Shown here: one piece after another, positions 26,848 to 35,274 of the stretch
Layout: every line of letters begins with the position of its first letter
Numbering within the stretch: position 1 is the stretch's first letter
Virus record (IMG/VR): IMGVR_UViG_3300034072_000926
Location: 41,621 to 105,620 of that record
Strand: one strand, 5' to 3'
Origin: a virus
DNA length: 64,000 nucleotides
Translations under genes and position numbers: made by a program
Notes under the pieces: generated by a model
Seen by the model: only the letters and a program-made list of their open reading frames with translations
What the model was told of the DNA's origin: nothing
The model's database searches: none

Positions 26848-27519
26848 TTAGGCTACGGTCAGAGTGCCTGCATTCGAGGTGACCGAAGTTGCACCAGCTG
26901 CGCTAACAACGCAACGATACTGGTTGCCGTTCAGGCCAGTCGAGTTAGCAATGTTCAGGGTAGCTGCGGTTGCACCAGTGTAAACGCCGCCGTTCGAGAC
27001 GTTGGCGAAAGCTGCTGCGCCGACTTTGACCTGCCACTGGTAGGTCAGAGTTGCACCCTGGGTAGCAGTTGCAGCGACCACGAAAGTGGTAGCTGCTGGA
27101 GCGGTAACGCTGCGGTTGGTTGGCTGAGTAGTGATCGTGATCACTGGAGCAGGTAGCGAGAACGAGTCGCCAGTTGCTTCAGCTTCGACCTTGCCACCAG
27201 CTGCGGCAGCGAAGTCCCACTTTACCGTGGTGCCATCGTCTAGGGTTGCGGTGCGACCCTTGATGCTCTTCATAGCCTTGACAGTGCCACCGGTGTTACG
27301 AGCAAAAACGACCATTTCGCCGTCTTCAAGTTCGCCAGCTTCCTTGACAACTAGATTGCAGCGACCCTTGGTTCCGTCGACCATAACGTCGAAGGTGTGA
27401 GTGCCGGTCTGCTTAACGATGTAGCCGTAACCTTCGGCTTCGCCTTCGACCTTAGCGAGGACCTTGAACGAGGAACCTGCTTCGTCACCGAAGAACTTCT
27501 TATTGAGTGGACGTCCCAT
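26848..27519 (-). CDS. virion-associated protein with Hoc-like Ig domain (paralog B)
   Basis: 223 aa; N-terminus MGRPLNKKFFG; C-terminal ITITTQP...LTYQWQ...YRCVVS...LTVA is an I-set Ig-like pattern. Confidence 0.5.
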   Translation of the reverse strand: MGRPLNKKFFGDEAGSSFKVLAKVEGEAEGYGYIVKQTGTHTFDVMVDGTKGRCNLVVKEAGELEDGEMVVFARNTGGTVKAMKSIKGRTATLDDGTTVKWDFAAAAGGKVEAEATGDSFSLPAPVITITTQPTNRSVTAPAATTFVVAATATQGATLTYQWQVKVGAAAFANVSNGGVYTGATAATLNIANSTGLNGNQYRCVVSAAGATSVTSNAGTLTVA

Positions 27520-27548
27520 GTGAATCTCCTAAATAGGCGTGGGTTTTA

Positions 27549-27557
27549 CCTATTTAG
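27549..27557 (-). promoter_or_regulatory. late-promoter-like CTAAATAGG about 30 nt upstream of start
   Basis: plus-strand CCTATTTAG; also pairs with CTAAATAGG at 27529-27537 (9-bp inverted repeat). Confidence 0.4.
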
Positions 27558-27568
27558 TGGAAAATGGG

Positions 27569-28159
27569 CTATATGGACAACTTCATGAGCATTATTCGAC
27601 CTGGCGAGTCAGCGAGAGGAACGTCGAGGATTGACGCAACGTGTGGAATGCCGCGCATCAATTGCTCGTAGTCGACCATTCCATTTTCTTCCAGATTGAA
27701 TCTGAACTTGTCGATCGTTGGCCAGTAATTGATCTTGTTTGCAGACAAGCTGCCAGGATGAGTGCCAATACCATCAAGGTAGGCCATGAAGACAAAGGCC
27801 ACCTTCCACTGATCATGCTTGTCGATGAGTTCCCAGATCGAATATGAAAGCTTCTGTGCTGCGCGAGTAAGACGCCCGCGCTCGTAGCCTGTCATATGTT
27901 CGTATGACAGATTAGCCAGCCCTGTTGCGGCCTTGTGGCTGTTCGAGACGTTGCGGAGGACTCTCGTCTGCTTCACAACGTCTCGATAGAGAGATTCAAG
28001 CTCGTTCAAAGCGATCCCAGATCGGCTTGAGATCCTCACGAACTTGTGTGACAATCTCGCCCAGGAAGTTAGTGCCCAGCCAGGTCGTGCGATCCAGCGC
28101 ACGAGGATCATTGGAATCCAGACCAATGCCCCAGATGTTGTCCCAGGGGCTTGCCTCAA
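27569..28159 (-). CDS. hypothetical protein (start uncertain; track ORF overlaps NADAR gene by 163 nt)
   Basis: true start is probably an internal Met (e.g. MTGYERG near 27871). Confidence 0.3.
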   Translation of the reverse strand: MRQAPGTTSGALVWIPMILVRWIARPGWALTSWARLSHKFVRISSRSGIALNELESLYRDVVKQTRVLRNVSNSHKAATGLANLSYEHMTGYERGRLTRAAQKLSYSIWELIDKHDQWKVAFVFMAYLDGIGTHPGSLSANKINYWPTIDKFRFNLEENGMVDYEQLMRGIPHVASILDVPLADSPGRIMLMKLSI

Positions 28160-28553
28160 CTAGCGTGGTTCCATCCGTGCTGAACAGCCATTCCAGATAG
28201 TCCTGGTTCTGAGTGAACTTGGCCATATTGCCGCGATAGACAATGACCTTCATGTTTGCTTCCCAGATGGCTTTGTCGAAGCCCTTGACTAGTCGACCGG
28301 TGGCCTTCTGGACCTTGGGATTGTCGCTAGCCATGATGATCTTCAGTGCATCAGCATCGCCGAACAAGCGAGCCTTCTCTGCCATCATCCACTGCTCTGC
28401 GCAGTTGTATTCGACTTCGCCGATTACGAACGGACTAGGCGCCCACTGGCTTGCCATACCACCGTAAAAGAAAGTAAACTTTTCGCTCATCACCAACCTC
28501 CCGGAACCATCAAATCTGTAGTTTGGGGTGGACCCTTTTGAGTCCTGTCCCAA
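27996..28553 (-). CDS. NADAR (YbiA-like) domain protein
   Basis: 185 aa; FFYGG..S.W..SPF..G..Y...EQWMMAEKA..F.D......I....P...K..GR.V.......W......VM.....KF.QN......L..T....LVEASPWD.IWGIG pattern. Confidence 0.7.
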   Translation of the reverse strand: MGQDSKGSTPNYRFDGSGRLVMSEKFTFFYGGMASQWAPSPFVIGEVEYNCAEQWMMAEKARLFGDADALKIIMASDNPKVQKATGRLVKGFDKAIWEANMKVIVYRGNMAKFTQNQDYLEWLFSTDGTTLVEASPWDNIWGIGLDSNDPRALDRTTWLGTNFLGEIVTQVREDLKPIWDRFERA

Positions 28554-28684
28554 GCAATAATGTCGCGAATATGTGCCAGGATTTCTTCTGGCACAATTTG
28601 ATTGCGCTTCGGCTTGCCATACTTCAAAGCGAGAGCATCTCGCTGTTTTTCTAGCTCTTGCCGAGTCTTAATCATTCGCACCAT
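28490..28684 (-). CDS. small hypothetical protein
   Basis: 64 aa ORF between NADAR and nuclease genes. Confidence 0.25.
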   Translation of the reverse strand: MVRMIKTRQELEKQRDALALKYGKPKRNQIVPEEILAHIRDIIAWDRTQKGPPQTTDLMVPGGW

Positions 28685-29097
28685 CCTGCTCGTTTGCCGC
28701 CAATATACGGTCTTGCATAACCCCTAGTGATCATCATGTCAGCCAATTTCTGACCACCGACGAAAACATCAGCGTCCACTCGACCGCCATACTTATCCCA
28801 CTTGAGATTGGTCAATGTGACCTGACGCCCTGCGGCAACAATCACGCGGGTTGTGAATGCCTTGGCGGCCAGCGCATTGCGCTTCTCGCTCTCACACTTG
28901 CCGCGCATCTCAGGGGTGTCTATGCCCCTTACACGAACGCCGATGCGGCTAAGTTCCGGCGGCAATCCCGGCATATTGATGTAGAAGGTATCACCATCAT
29001 ATACGCCGGTCACGGCATAATTGTAGGACGGTGCAGCGGTTGCCGGAGTTGCGACCAAAGCCGCAATAGCAAAAAGGGTGCTACGAATAAGTTTCAT
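28672..29097 (-). CDS. staphylococcal-nuclease-like (SNase/thermonuclease) secreted nuclease
   Basis: signal peptide MKLIRSTLFAIAALVATPATA; DGDT, RVRGIDTPE, DKYGGR motifs. Confidence 0.75.
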   Translation of the reverse strand: MKLIRSTLFAIAALVATPATAAPSYNYAVTGVYDGDTFYINMPGLPPELSRIGVRVRGIDTPEMRGKCESEKRNALAAKAFTTRVIVAAGRQVTLTNLKWDKYGGRVDADVFVGGQKLADMMITRGYARPYIGGKRAGWCE

Positions 29098-29136
29098 AAC
29101 ACCCTTTTTACATATTTAGATTAGAACGTCAAGCCC

Positions 29137-30342
29137 TTATCGGGCGTTCAGTTCCTTCTGACGCTGCGCTGCGGAGATCAGACCTTTACGCAGGTTCTCC
29201 TGTGCGGCGACCAGGCGCTGTTCGCCTTCGGCGCGCTTTTGCTTGCCCTCAGCGACCAGGTCGATGGACTCGTTGATCGTCTCGAGCAGCTTTGCGTGAG
29301 CATGTTCGGCCGCTTCGACATCGTAGATGCCGCGTTCCATGGCCTTGCGAGCCACCCGATTGCTCTCGTTGAGCTGGTCAGCCGATTGCTTGATCAGGTC
29401 GTTGGTGAAGTCCGTCGCGGCATTAGTTGCCTTGCCGGCTTCGGCAGCACGCCATGCAGCAATCTGCACCGCCATCGTGCGCTTCCACATCGAGACGTTA
29501 TTGAGGATCTGGCTCTGGATCTTCTGTGCCAGGCCCTTGTCGATTGCCTGCACGATACGGATGCTCGGCAGCGCCCGGATGGTGTCATCGCGAGTCAGCA
29601 GCAGGTCATACCGACGACGTTCCAGTTCGTCGCGGGTTTCGGTCATATCCCGCAGTTCCTGCGCGTCGGCCATATCACCGCTTGCATTGGCCTTGGCTTC
29701 CAGTGCCGGAATATGAACGGTGTTGACTTCGTTCATCAGCCATTCGATGGCAGCAATCTGCTCATCCAGATTGTCCAGCATCCCCAGGGTGGCCTGGTAG
29801 AGCTTGTCCATCGCGACCATGTCCTTGAGCATCTGGACACGATGGCCTTCCAGCACGTTCGAGGCTTGGATGATCTGGCCCTCGACGGTCTTGTATTTGT
29901 CGAGGAACTTCTGCAGAACACCGGCGCCGCCCAGCAGCTTTGCGAAGAAGCCGGGCTTCTTTGCTGTCGACAGTGCGCCGAAGTCCAGACCCTTCATGTC
30001 GCGGACCATGGCATTCAGTGCATCGCCGGCCGGACCTGCGTCCTTGGTGCGAACACCCTGCAGAAGCTGTTCCGAGACCTGCGTGGCATTCTTCTGCGCT
30101 TCGACGCCGAAAGTGATGATAGAGCCGCTGTCCTTGAGGTTGATTTTGCTGGCCAGTTCCCTGACACGAGCATCGGACACCTTCGGAGCCGTCCGGCCGA
30201 TTTGTTCATTCAGGGAGACGATTTCCTGTTCCCCGATCCCCGGAACGACCAGTGCATTCTGTGCTGTCGGCATAGGGAGAAGTTCGCCAGTCAGAGACGG
30301 GGTCTCCACGGCGGTAGTGGTCTTGGTCGGATCGCTTGCCAT
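29137..30342 (-). CDS. TelA-like (toxic anion resistance) family protein
   Basis: 401 aa; architecture and central KYKTVEGQIIQASNVLEGHRVQMLKDMVAMDKLYQATLGMLDNLDEQIAAIEWL region resemble TelA/KlaB. Confidence 0.55.
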   Translation of the reverse strand: MASDPTKTTTAVETPSLTGELLPMPTAQNALVVPGIGEQEIVSLNEQIGRTAPKVSDARVRELASKINLKDSGSIITFGVEAQKNATQVSEQLLQGVRTKDAGPAGDALNAMVRDMKGLDFGALSTAKKPGFFAKLLGGAGVLQKFLDKYKTVEGQIIQASNVLEGHRVQMLKDMVAMDKLYQATLGMLDNLDEQIAAIEWLMNEVNTVHIPALEAKANASGDMADAQELRDMTETRDELERRRYDLLLTRDDTIRALPSIRIVQAIDKGLAQKIQSQILNNVSMWKRTMAVQIAAWRAAEAGKATNAATDFTNDLIKQSADQLNESNRVARKAMERGIYDVEAAEHAHAKLLETINESIDLVAEGKQKRAEGEQRLVAAQENLRKGLISAAQRQKELNAR

Positions 30343-30347
30343 TTGTA

Positions 30348-31064
30348 TTAGATTCCCTCGTTGCTGAGACGGCTCTTCATCACCGTCATATTCACGTCAA
30401 AATCCATGACGTCGTTGGACAGAAGCTTGTCGAGCAGCTTCTGAAAGTTGTCGTCGATGGTGTCCAACATATCGTCGAACTGTGCCATCTGCTTCTGCGC
30501 CTCAATATTTCGAGCGCCGGTCTTGCTCAGTTGGGCATAACCTCGAACCAGCTTGATCGTCTCATCCAGGTAGCTGTTGAGCCAGCTCTGTGCGAGAAGA
30601 ACGTCCTTGGGATCGATACGGAAATCCTCAATGATCTTCCGACCGATTGCATCAATATGCTTGATGCGCCGAATAGTGTTGGGAGCCTTGATCTGGGTTG
30701 CTTCTATGAGGATGCGGTCCAGCTTGTCGGTTCCAGTCTTGATCGCTTCCACGACCAGCTTGGGGTCGACCCCGGAGGTCCCTGCCTCAATGTCGTCCAT
30801 ACGCTTGTAGAGATCCTTGATCTCCTGTGCGGTTGCAGCCTTACGACCGGGCCAGAAATACCAGATGCCCAGGCCAGTTGCAGCGCTCAGCGGAGCAGCT
30901 AGTGCAAGGTCACCGATGAAGGAAAGTGGGAAAGCAGCCATGCCGCTTACGAACACACATGCGGCGCCTCCGAGGGCAGCAACTTTACTCACTACGTCTT
31001 TTGTCATTGTTTCCTCGCTTAACACTGGATCCCTTATAGCAAGAATTACCAGTATGTCTACCAA
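30348..31064 (-). CDS. membrane protein (2-3 TM) in TelA/flotillin block
   Basis: 238 aa; hydrophobic segments near N-terminus and in GGAACVFVSGMAAFPLSFIGDLALAAPLSAATGLGIWYFW. Confidence 0.45.
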   Translation of the reverse strand: MVDILVILAIRDPVLSEETMTKDVVSKVAALGGAACVFVSGMAAFPLSFIGDLALAAPLSAATGLGIWYFWPGRKAATAQEIKDLYKRMDDIEAGTSGVDPKLVVEAIKTGTDKLDRILIEATQIKAPNTIRRIKHIDAIGRKIIEDFRIDPKDVLLAQSWLNSYLDETIKLVRGYAQLSKTGARNIEAQKQMAQFDDMLDTIDDNFQKLLDKLLSNDVMDFDVNMTVMKSRLSNEGI

Positions 31065-31118
31065 AGAAAAGAAAAGGGCGACATTGCTGCCGCCCCTTTC
31101 CCAATTGTTCCGAAAAAC

Positions 31119-32870
31119 TTAGAGTTCGTCGGGATTGATACCAGCCAGCTTCTGCAGCTCTGCCTTTTCCTGTGCCGAAATTGCTTCGGCCGAACCACGG
31201 GCCTTACGGACCGGAGCAGTCCTCACCGGCGCAGGAGCACCAACAACTTCCAGCGAACCATCTTCGTTCAGCGGAGCAGCGGCAGCTTCGACCAGACCGT
31301 TCAGACCACGGCTCAGGTCAACACCCAGTTCGCGAGCCATTTCGTCAATGACCGGAACCTGCAGTCGGTAACCCAGCATCGAGTTGGTCAGGTCAGTTGC
31401 GAGATTGCCAGTGGTCTGAGTGCCACTGATTGCGCCTTCGCCGGCCTGGCCACCAAGGCCGCCCAGACCACCCATCTGCACAACGCGGATGCTGTCGACC
31501 TTCTCCATCGGCTTGGTCATCTTTTCCATGATGGTCGGCATGGATTCGATAAGCGCCTTGCGGAGGTTGTAAGCCATCTGCGCCGGAGTGACGACGTTAG
31601 CAGCTTCGTTGAGGGCGCGCTGACCTTCGGATTCAACTTCATAACGCTTTGCGTCAGCGTCGATGAGTCGTTCCTTGGCCTTAGCCTGCGAGTCGGCAGC
31701 TTCGAGCTCAGCAGCAGCCATAACGCGGATACGAGTTGCTTCCTGTTCAGCTGCCTGCTCTGCCTGGATGACCGCAACGCGCTTTGCACGTTCTGCCGAA
31801 GCCTCAGCTTCAACGGTCTTCACTGCTTCAGTTGCACGAACCTGTTCTGCACGAGCATTGTCTGCTGCTGCGCGGGCCTTCGATTCCTGCTCCGACTTCT
31901 CAGCAACAGCAATACGCGACTGCTGGCTTGCAATCTCGAGAGCCTGAGCTGCCTCAGTCTCAGAGACCTTGATTGCGCGCTCCTTAGCAACGCGAGCCTG
32001 TTCGGTCGTCTTGGCGGCTTCGATTTCGGCCAGGTCCGATTCACGCTTGCGCTCTGCACGGGTCTGAGCCAGTTCAGCTTCCTGAGCTGCACGACGGGTT
32101 TCGACTTCACGCTGCTGTTCGAGGGTAGCGAACTCGTTCTGCTGCTTGATTTCCAGCGAACGCTTGTTGGCTTCGAAGTTCTTCTGCTCAATCGCAACGC
32201 GGTTGTCAGCTTCGATTTCGTTACGCTCCTTACGACGCGTCTCAGTGACCTGAGTCAGCTTCGCAAGACCTTCAGCGTCGAAGGCGTTGTTGGGGTTGAA
32301 GAACTTAACGTCCGTCTGGTCAAGACCAGTCAGCGAGACCGATTCCAGTTCCAGGCCGTTCTTCTTCAGGTCTTCCGCAACAGTGTTCTGAACCTTCTGA
32401 ACGAAGTCACCGCGCTTTTCATGCAGGTCCTGCATGTCCATCGAAGCAGCCGCAGCGCGCAGGGCGTCGACGAACTTACCTTCGACCAGACCAGCAAGCT
32501 GATCAGGTGCCATCGTGCGACGGCCAAGGGTCTGTGCCGCAGTGGCAATTGCAGTAGCATCAGGCGCGACGCGAACATAGAACTCTGCACGAACGTCGAC
32601 GCGCAGCCGGTCCTTGGTGATCAGCGAAGCTTCGCCACCGCCACGCTGAACAGTGAGGCGCAGGGTCTGCATATTGATCGGGATAGTTTCGTGCAGGATA
32701 GGAAGCACGATTGCACCGCCGTCCTTCACAACCTTTTCGCCGCCGAAACCGGTGCGGACGAAAGCCAGTTCCTTCGATGCACGATGGAACATCTTGGTCA
32801 TGATTAGGCCGAGGACGATAATTCCAAGGACAATCACGCCTGTAACAATTAGGCCAAACTGAAGACTCAT
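31119..32870 (-). CDS. flotillin-like SPFH/band-7 protein (YqiK-like)
   Basis: 583 aa; N-terminal TM, SPFH domain, long E/A/R/K-rich coiled-coil (flotillin repeats). Confidence 0.8.
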   Translation of the reverse strand: MSLQFGLIVTGVIVLGIIVLGLIMTKMFHRASKELAFVRTGFGGEKVVKDGGAIVLPILHETIPINMQTLRLTVQRGGGEASLITKDRLRVDVRAEFYVRVAPDATAIATAAQTLGRRTMAPDQLAGLVEGKFVDALRAAAASMDMQDLHEKRGDFVQKVQNTVAEDLKKNGLELESVSLTGLDQTDVKFFNPNNAFDAEGLAKLTQVTETRRKERNEIEADNRVAIEQKNFEANKRSLEIKQQNEFATLEQQREVETRRAAQEAELAQTRAERKRESDLAEIEAAKTTEQARVAKERAIKVSETEAAQALEIASQQSRIAVAEKSEQESKARAAADNARAEQVRATEAVKTVEAEASAERAKRVAVIQAEQAAEQEATRIRVMAAAELEAADSQAKAKERLIDADAKRYEVESEGQRALNEAANVVTPAQMAYNLRKALIESMPTIMEKMTKPMEKVDSIRVVQMGGLGGLGGQAGEGAISGTQTTGNLATDLTNSMLGYRLQVPVIDEMARELGVDLSRGLNGLVEAAAAPLNEDGSLEVVGAPAPVRTAPVRKARGSAEAISAQEKAELQKLAGINPDEL

Positions 32871-32891
32871 TACATTCTCCTACTGAGTCGG

Positions 32892-33536
32892 TTAAATCTT
32901 ACGCACATTGAAGGCGTAGGAATTCTTGCTGTTAGGACCGATTAACACCGCGCTTTCTCCCACATCAATATTCTCGTCACCTGTGGCGAAAACAAAAATG
33001 TAGTGGTCCTGACCATGCTGGTCGGTAACACGGAGTGATCCACTCACTTCGCTGGTTGCTGGTCCCATAACCAATACCCCGACCTGTCCCGTGAGACTCT
33101 CAATCGTAACGGCCGAGGTAATGTCCTGAGGCATTATGCGTGAGAACGCCGTAGAGCCCCAACGAACAAAGGGTAGGGTGAGAGCAGTCACGACCGGGAT
33201 ACTCAAGCCAAGGGGCGCGAGCGAACCAGAGAACCCACTGTAAGCCCATTGTGCGCTATACCCGAGAGCAGTGAATACAGTGCTGAAAATAACAATGAAC
33301 ACCATCGCGGGAACATGACCCGGATTGATCCAATTGAAGAATCCACCATCTACCTCGAGGTAGTCTGGGATGCCATTGTTATTGAGGTCGGCGGTGAAAT
33401 CGACATCACTATGGAAGATCGAAAGGCCGAGGATCAGACCGATGATCTCTACAAGGAATATCGCGGCCAATAGACAACCTGTGACCATGAAGGGCAGGTT
33501 AGCTGGGTCGGTGATGAATAAGATTAGGTCGTTCAT
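32892..33536 (-). CDS. YqiJ/NfeD-like inner membrane protein
   Basis: 214 aa; multiple TM segments plus C-terminal OB-fold-like region; sits immediately upstream of the flotillin gene, as in yqiJK operons. Confidence 0.55.
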   Translation of the reverse strand: MNDLILFITDPANLPFMVTGCLLAAIFLVEIIGLILGLSIFHSDVDFTADLNNNGIPDYLEVDGGFFNWINPGHVPAMVFIVIFSTVFTALGYSAQWAYSGFSGSLAPLGLSIPVVTALTLPFVRWGSTAFSRIMPQDITSAVTIESLTGQVGVLVMGPATSEVSGSLRVTDQHGQDHYIFVFATGDENIDVGESAVLIGPNSKNSYAFNVRKI

Positions 33537-33571
33537 ATCTCGGGCATAACGACCCGATGACTATAACGTCA

Positions 33572-33871
33572 TTATTCTTTTGGTGGGAGAGCGTCTGCTA
33601 GTCTAGCAAGAACCTGGCCATGGCAAGGCGAGGGATGACACCAGCATCCAAGCTTCTTGCCCTTTAATTCATGGAGTGCAGCCATAAGGGTTGGCTGTTC
33701 AACGATCCAATCGGCAAATTGCTGGATAACTTCTTCACGGGTGCCATCACGACCAACGATAAATGGATTGCCCCACTTAGTCTTACGGTCAATGCGAACG
33801 TCAAAGTGATCCACCTTGAGGTTGACCACTGTGGTTGAGGGCGGGGGCCAGGAAAAGAGTTCGTCTGCCAT
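33572..33871 (-). CDS. DUF4326-like protein
   Basis: 99 aa; KWGNPF and LGCWCHP.PCHG motifs. Confidence 0.5.
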   Translation of the reverse strand: MADELFSWPPPSTTVVNLKVDHFDVRIDRKTKWGNPFIVGRDGTREEVIQQFADWIVEQPTLMAALHELKGKKLGCWCHPSPCHGQVLARLADALPPKE

Positions 33872-34031
33872 ACTTCTACTTATCGAGCAGACATGAGTAA
33901 CCCAGGAGGTTTTTAATCCTCCTGGGTCATTCCGACCTTCGGCATTTGAGAGACTACCGAGGGCTGTGATTTATATAATGTGGGGAGAAGTGAGTTGCAA
34001 GACTTGCAATTGCAATAAGCAACTTAATCTG

Positions 34032-34104
34032 TGCTGTCTATGGGACTTGAACCCATGACCTCTTCATTACCAATGAAGTGCTACTACCACTGAGCTAAGA
34101 CAGC
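34032..34104 (-). tRNA. tRNA-Thr (anticodon GGU)
   Basis: 73 nt cloverleaf with 7-bp acceptor stem GCTGTCT/AGACAGC, anticodon stem CTTCA/TGAAG, loop TTGGTAA, T-arm ATGGG-TTCAAGT-CCCAT; CCA not encoded. Confidence 0.8.
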
Positions 34105-34138
34105 ATGTTCCGATGTTCTCTTTATAACACCGACACTC

Positions 34139-34146
34139 TTATTTAG
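34139..34146 (-). promoter_or_regulatory. late-promoter-like CTAAATAA upstream of tRNA
   Basis: about 35 nt upstream of the tRNA 5-prime end on the minus strand. Confidence 0.3.
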
Positions 34147-34150
34147 CAAT

Positions 34151-34492
34151 TTATTTCAGGAGAAGATTTAGGGCTTTTGTCATATCATCGAAGGAAGCTG
34201 GCTTCTCAATGAGATTAAAACCATGATAGCAAGACGAGAGACGATGGAGTTCACCGGTGCAGATCAAACCCGGCGTGAGGGTCTTCCTCATCATATCAGC
34301 AACGGGTTCAGAAGTGCCATCAAGTAATGTCACGTCGAGGATCACTCCGGAGAAGCGATTCACTCTGATCAGTTCCATGGCCTCTTTAACAGTCCCGACC
34401 ATGGCCGCGACGTCCACTCCCTCTTCTTTGCAGACTTCTTCCCAATATAATTGCAGGAAGGCCTCGTCTTCGACGATAAGGACAGTGGACAT
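34151..34492 (-). CDS. stand-alone response-regulator receiver (REC/CheY-like) domain protein
   Basis: 113 aa; VLIVEDE start, acidic pocket, phosphoacceptor-like D in ILDVTLLDG, conserved T and K positions. Confidence 0.6.
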   Translation of the reverse strand: MSTVLIVEDEAFLQLYWEEVCKEEGVDVAAMVGTVKEAMELIRVNRFSGVILDVTLLDGTSEPVADMMRKTLTPGLICTGELHRLSSCYHGFNLIEKPASFDDMTKALNLLLK

Positions 34493-34500
34493 GATAACTC

Positions 34501-35019
34501 CTAGAAACTGAGTTTCGCCAGCATAACCTGATCGACCGTCCCCTTGTCGAGGATCATTGCACTCGCTGGTTTGCCGACACGGACAAGATCCGTTGCGGTA
34601 TTGCCTTGGGCACTCTTGAAGAGCTTTGCGTAGATAGTGCCCTTGTCACTGATCTTCTTCACAGTGCCCATTACCATATCCACTCGGGCACCTTCTGTGC
34701 CGCGCGGGAAGATAATCGTATGACCAATCTCGATGGTGCGACCCATGAGATCATTGAAGCGGGGTGTCTCAGGATCTTCGGCAAAATGAGTGCCGCCCTT
34801 CCAATTCGGAAGGTGTTCTAGCTCGCTGCCTTTGATCCAGAATCCTCGACGCGTTCCGACGGCCAATTGATAATCATGCGCGCTGTAATATTTGGACCGG
34901 ACACTCATGACGCGTCCGACGGTGCCTTCTCGAAGGCCAGCAATAACCCGCACGAATTGCGGACCATCTTCCATACTAGCAATAAGGGACATCGCTGCCT
35001 GGTAGTTATTGAGATTCAT
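34501..35019 (-). CDS. hypothetical protein (172 aa), C-terminus VMLAKLSF
   Basis: ORF track; the C-terminus faintly resembles the paralog family tail. Confidence 0.45.
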   Translation of the reverse strand: MNLNNYQAAMSLIASMEDGPQFVRVIAGLREGTVGRVMSVRSKYYSAHDYQLAVGTRRGFWIKGSELEHLPNWKGGTHFAEDPETPRFNDLMGRTIEIGHTIIFPRGTEGARVDMVMGTVKKISDKGTIYAKLFKSAQGNTATDLVRVGKPASAMILDKGTVDQVMLAKLSF

Positions 35020-35274
35020 TTGCGACCCTCAAGAAAAGTTTCGATCTGTAGCAGCGACCTTCGGATAACCCCTCAGGCATTTTATTATTGCAACTAAAAT
35101 GCGCGTTGCACGTTTTAGCATGTTGCGTTGCAAACTATTACAAGATATGGCATTAGTAAAGTGCTACCCGATAAAAAATCTAGGTTTTCTGTAGGTTACC
35201 ACCTATAGCCTGGGAGAAGTCACAGAAAAGCGCAGGTTATTCCAAATAACCCACGCCCTTCTTGATTAACTATA

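Noticed and set aside
29239-30351. 370-aa plus-strand ORF and several other ORFs over the TelA-like gene
   Set aside because: Antisense or alternate-frame shadows of the TelA-like gene in a GC-richer segment; no start context or motifs.
33900-33927. Perfect 10-bp hairpin ACCCAGGAGG-tttttaat-CCTCCTGGGT as a terminator
   Set aside because: Not followed by a U-run on either strand. It may be an RNase processing site or regulatory stem downstream of the tRNA, so it is not called a terminator.
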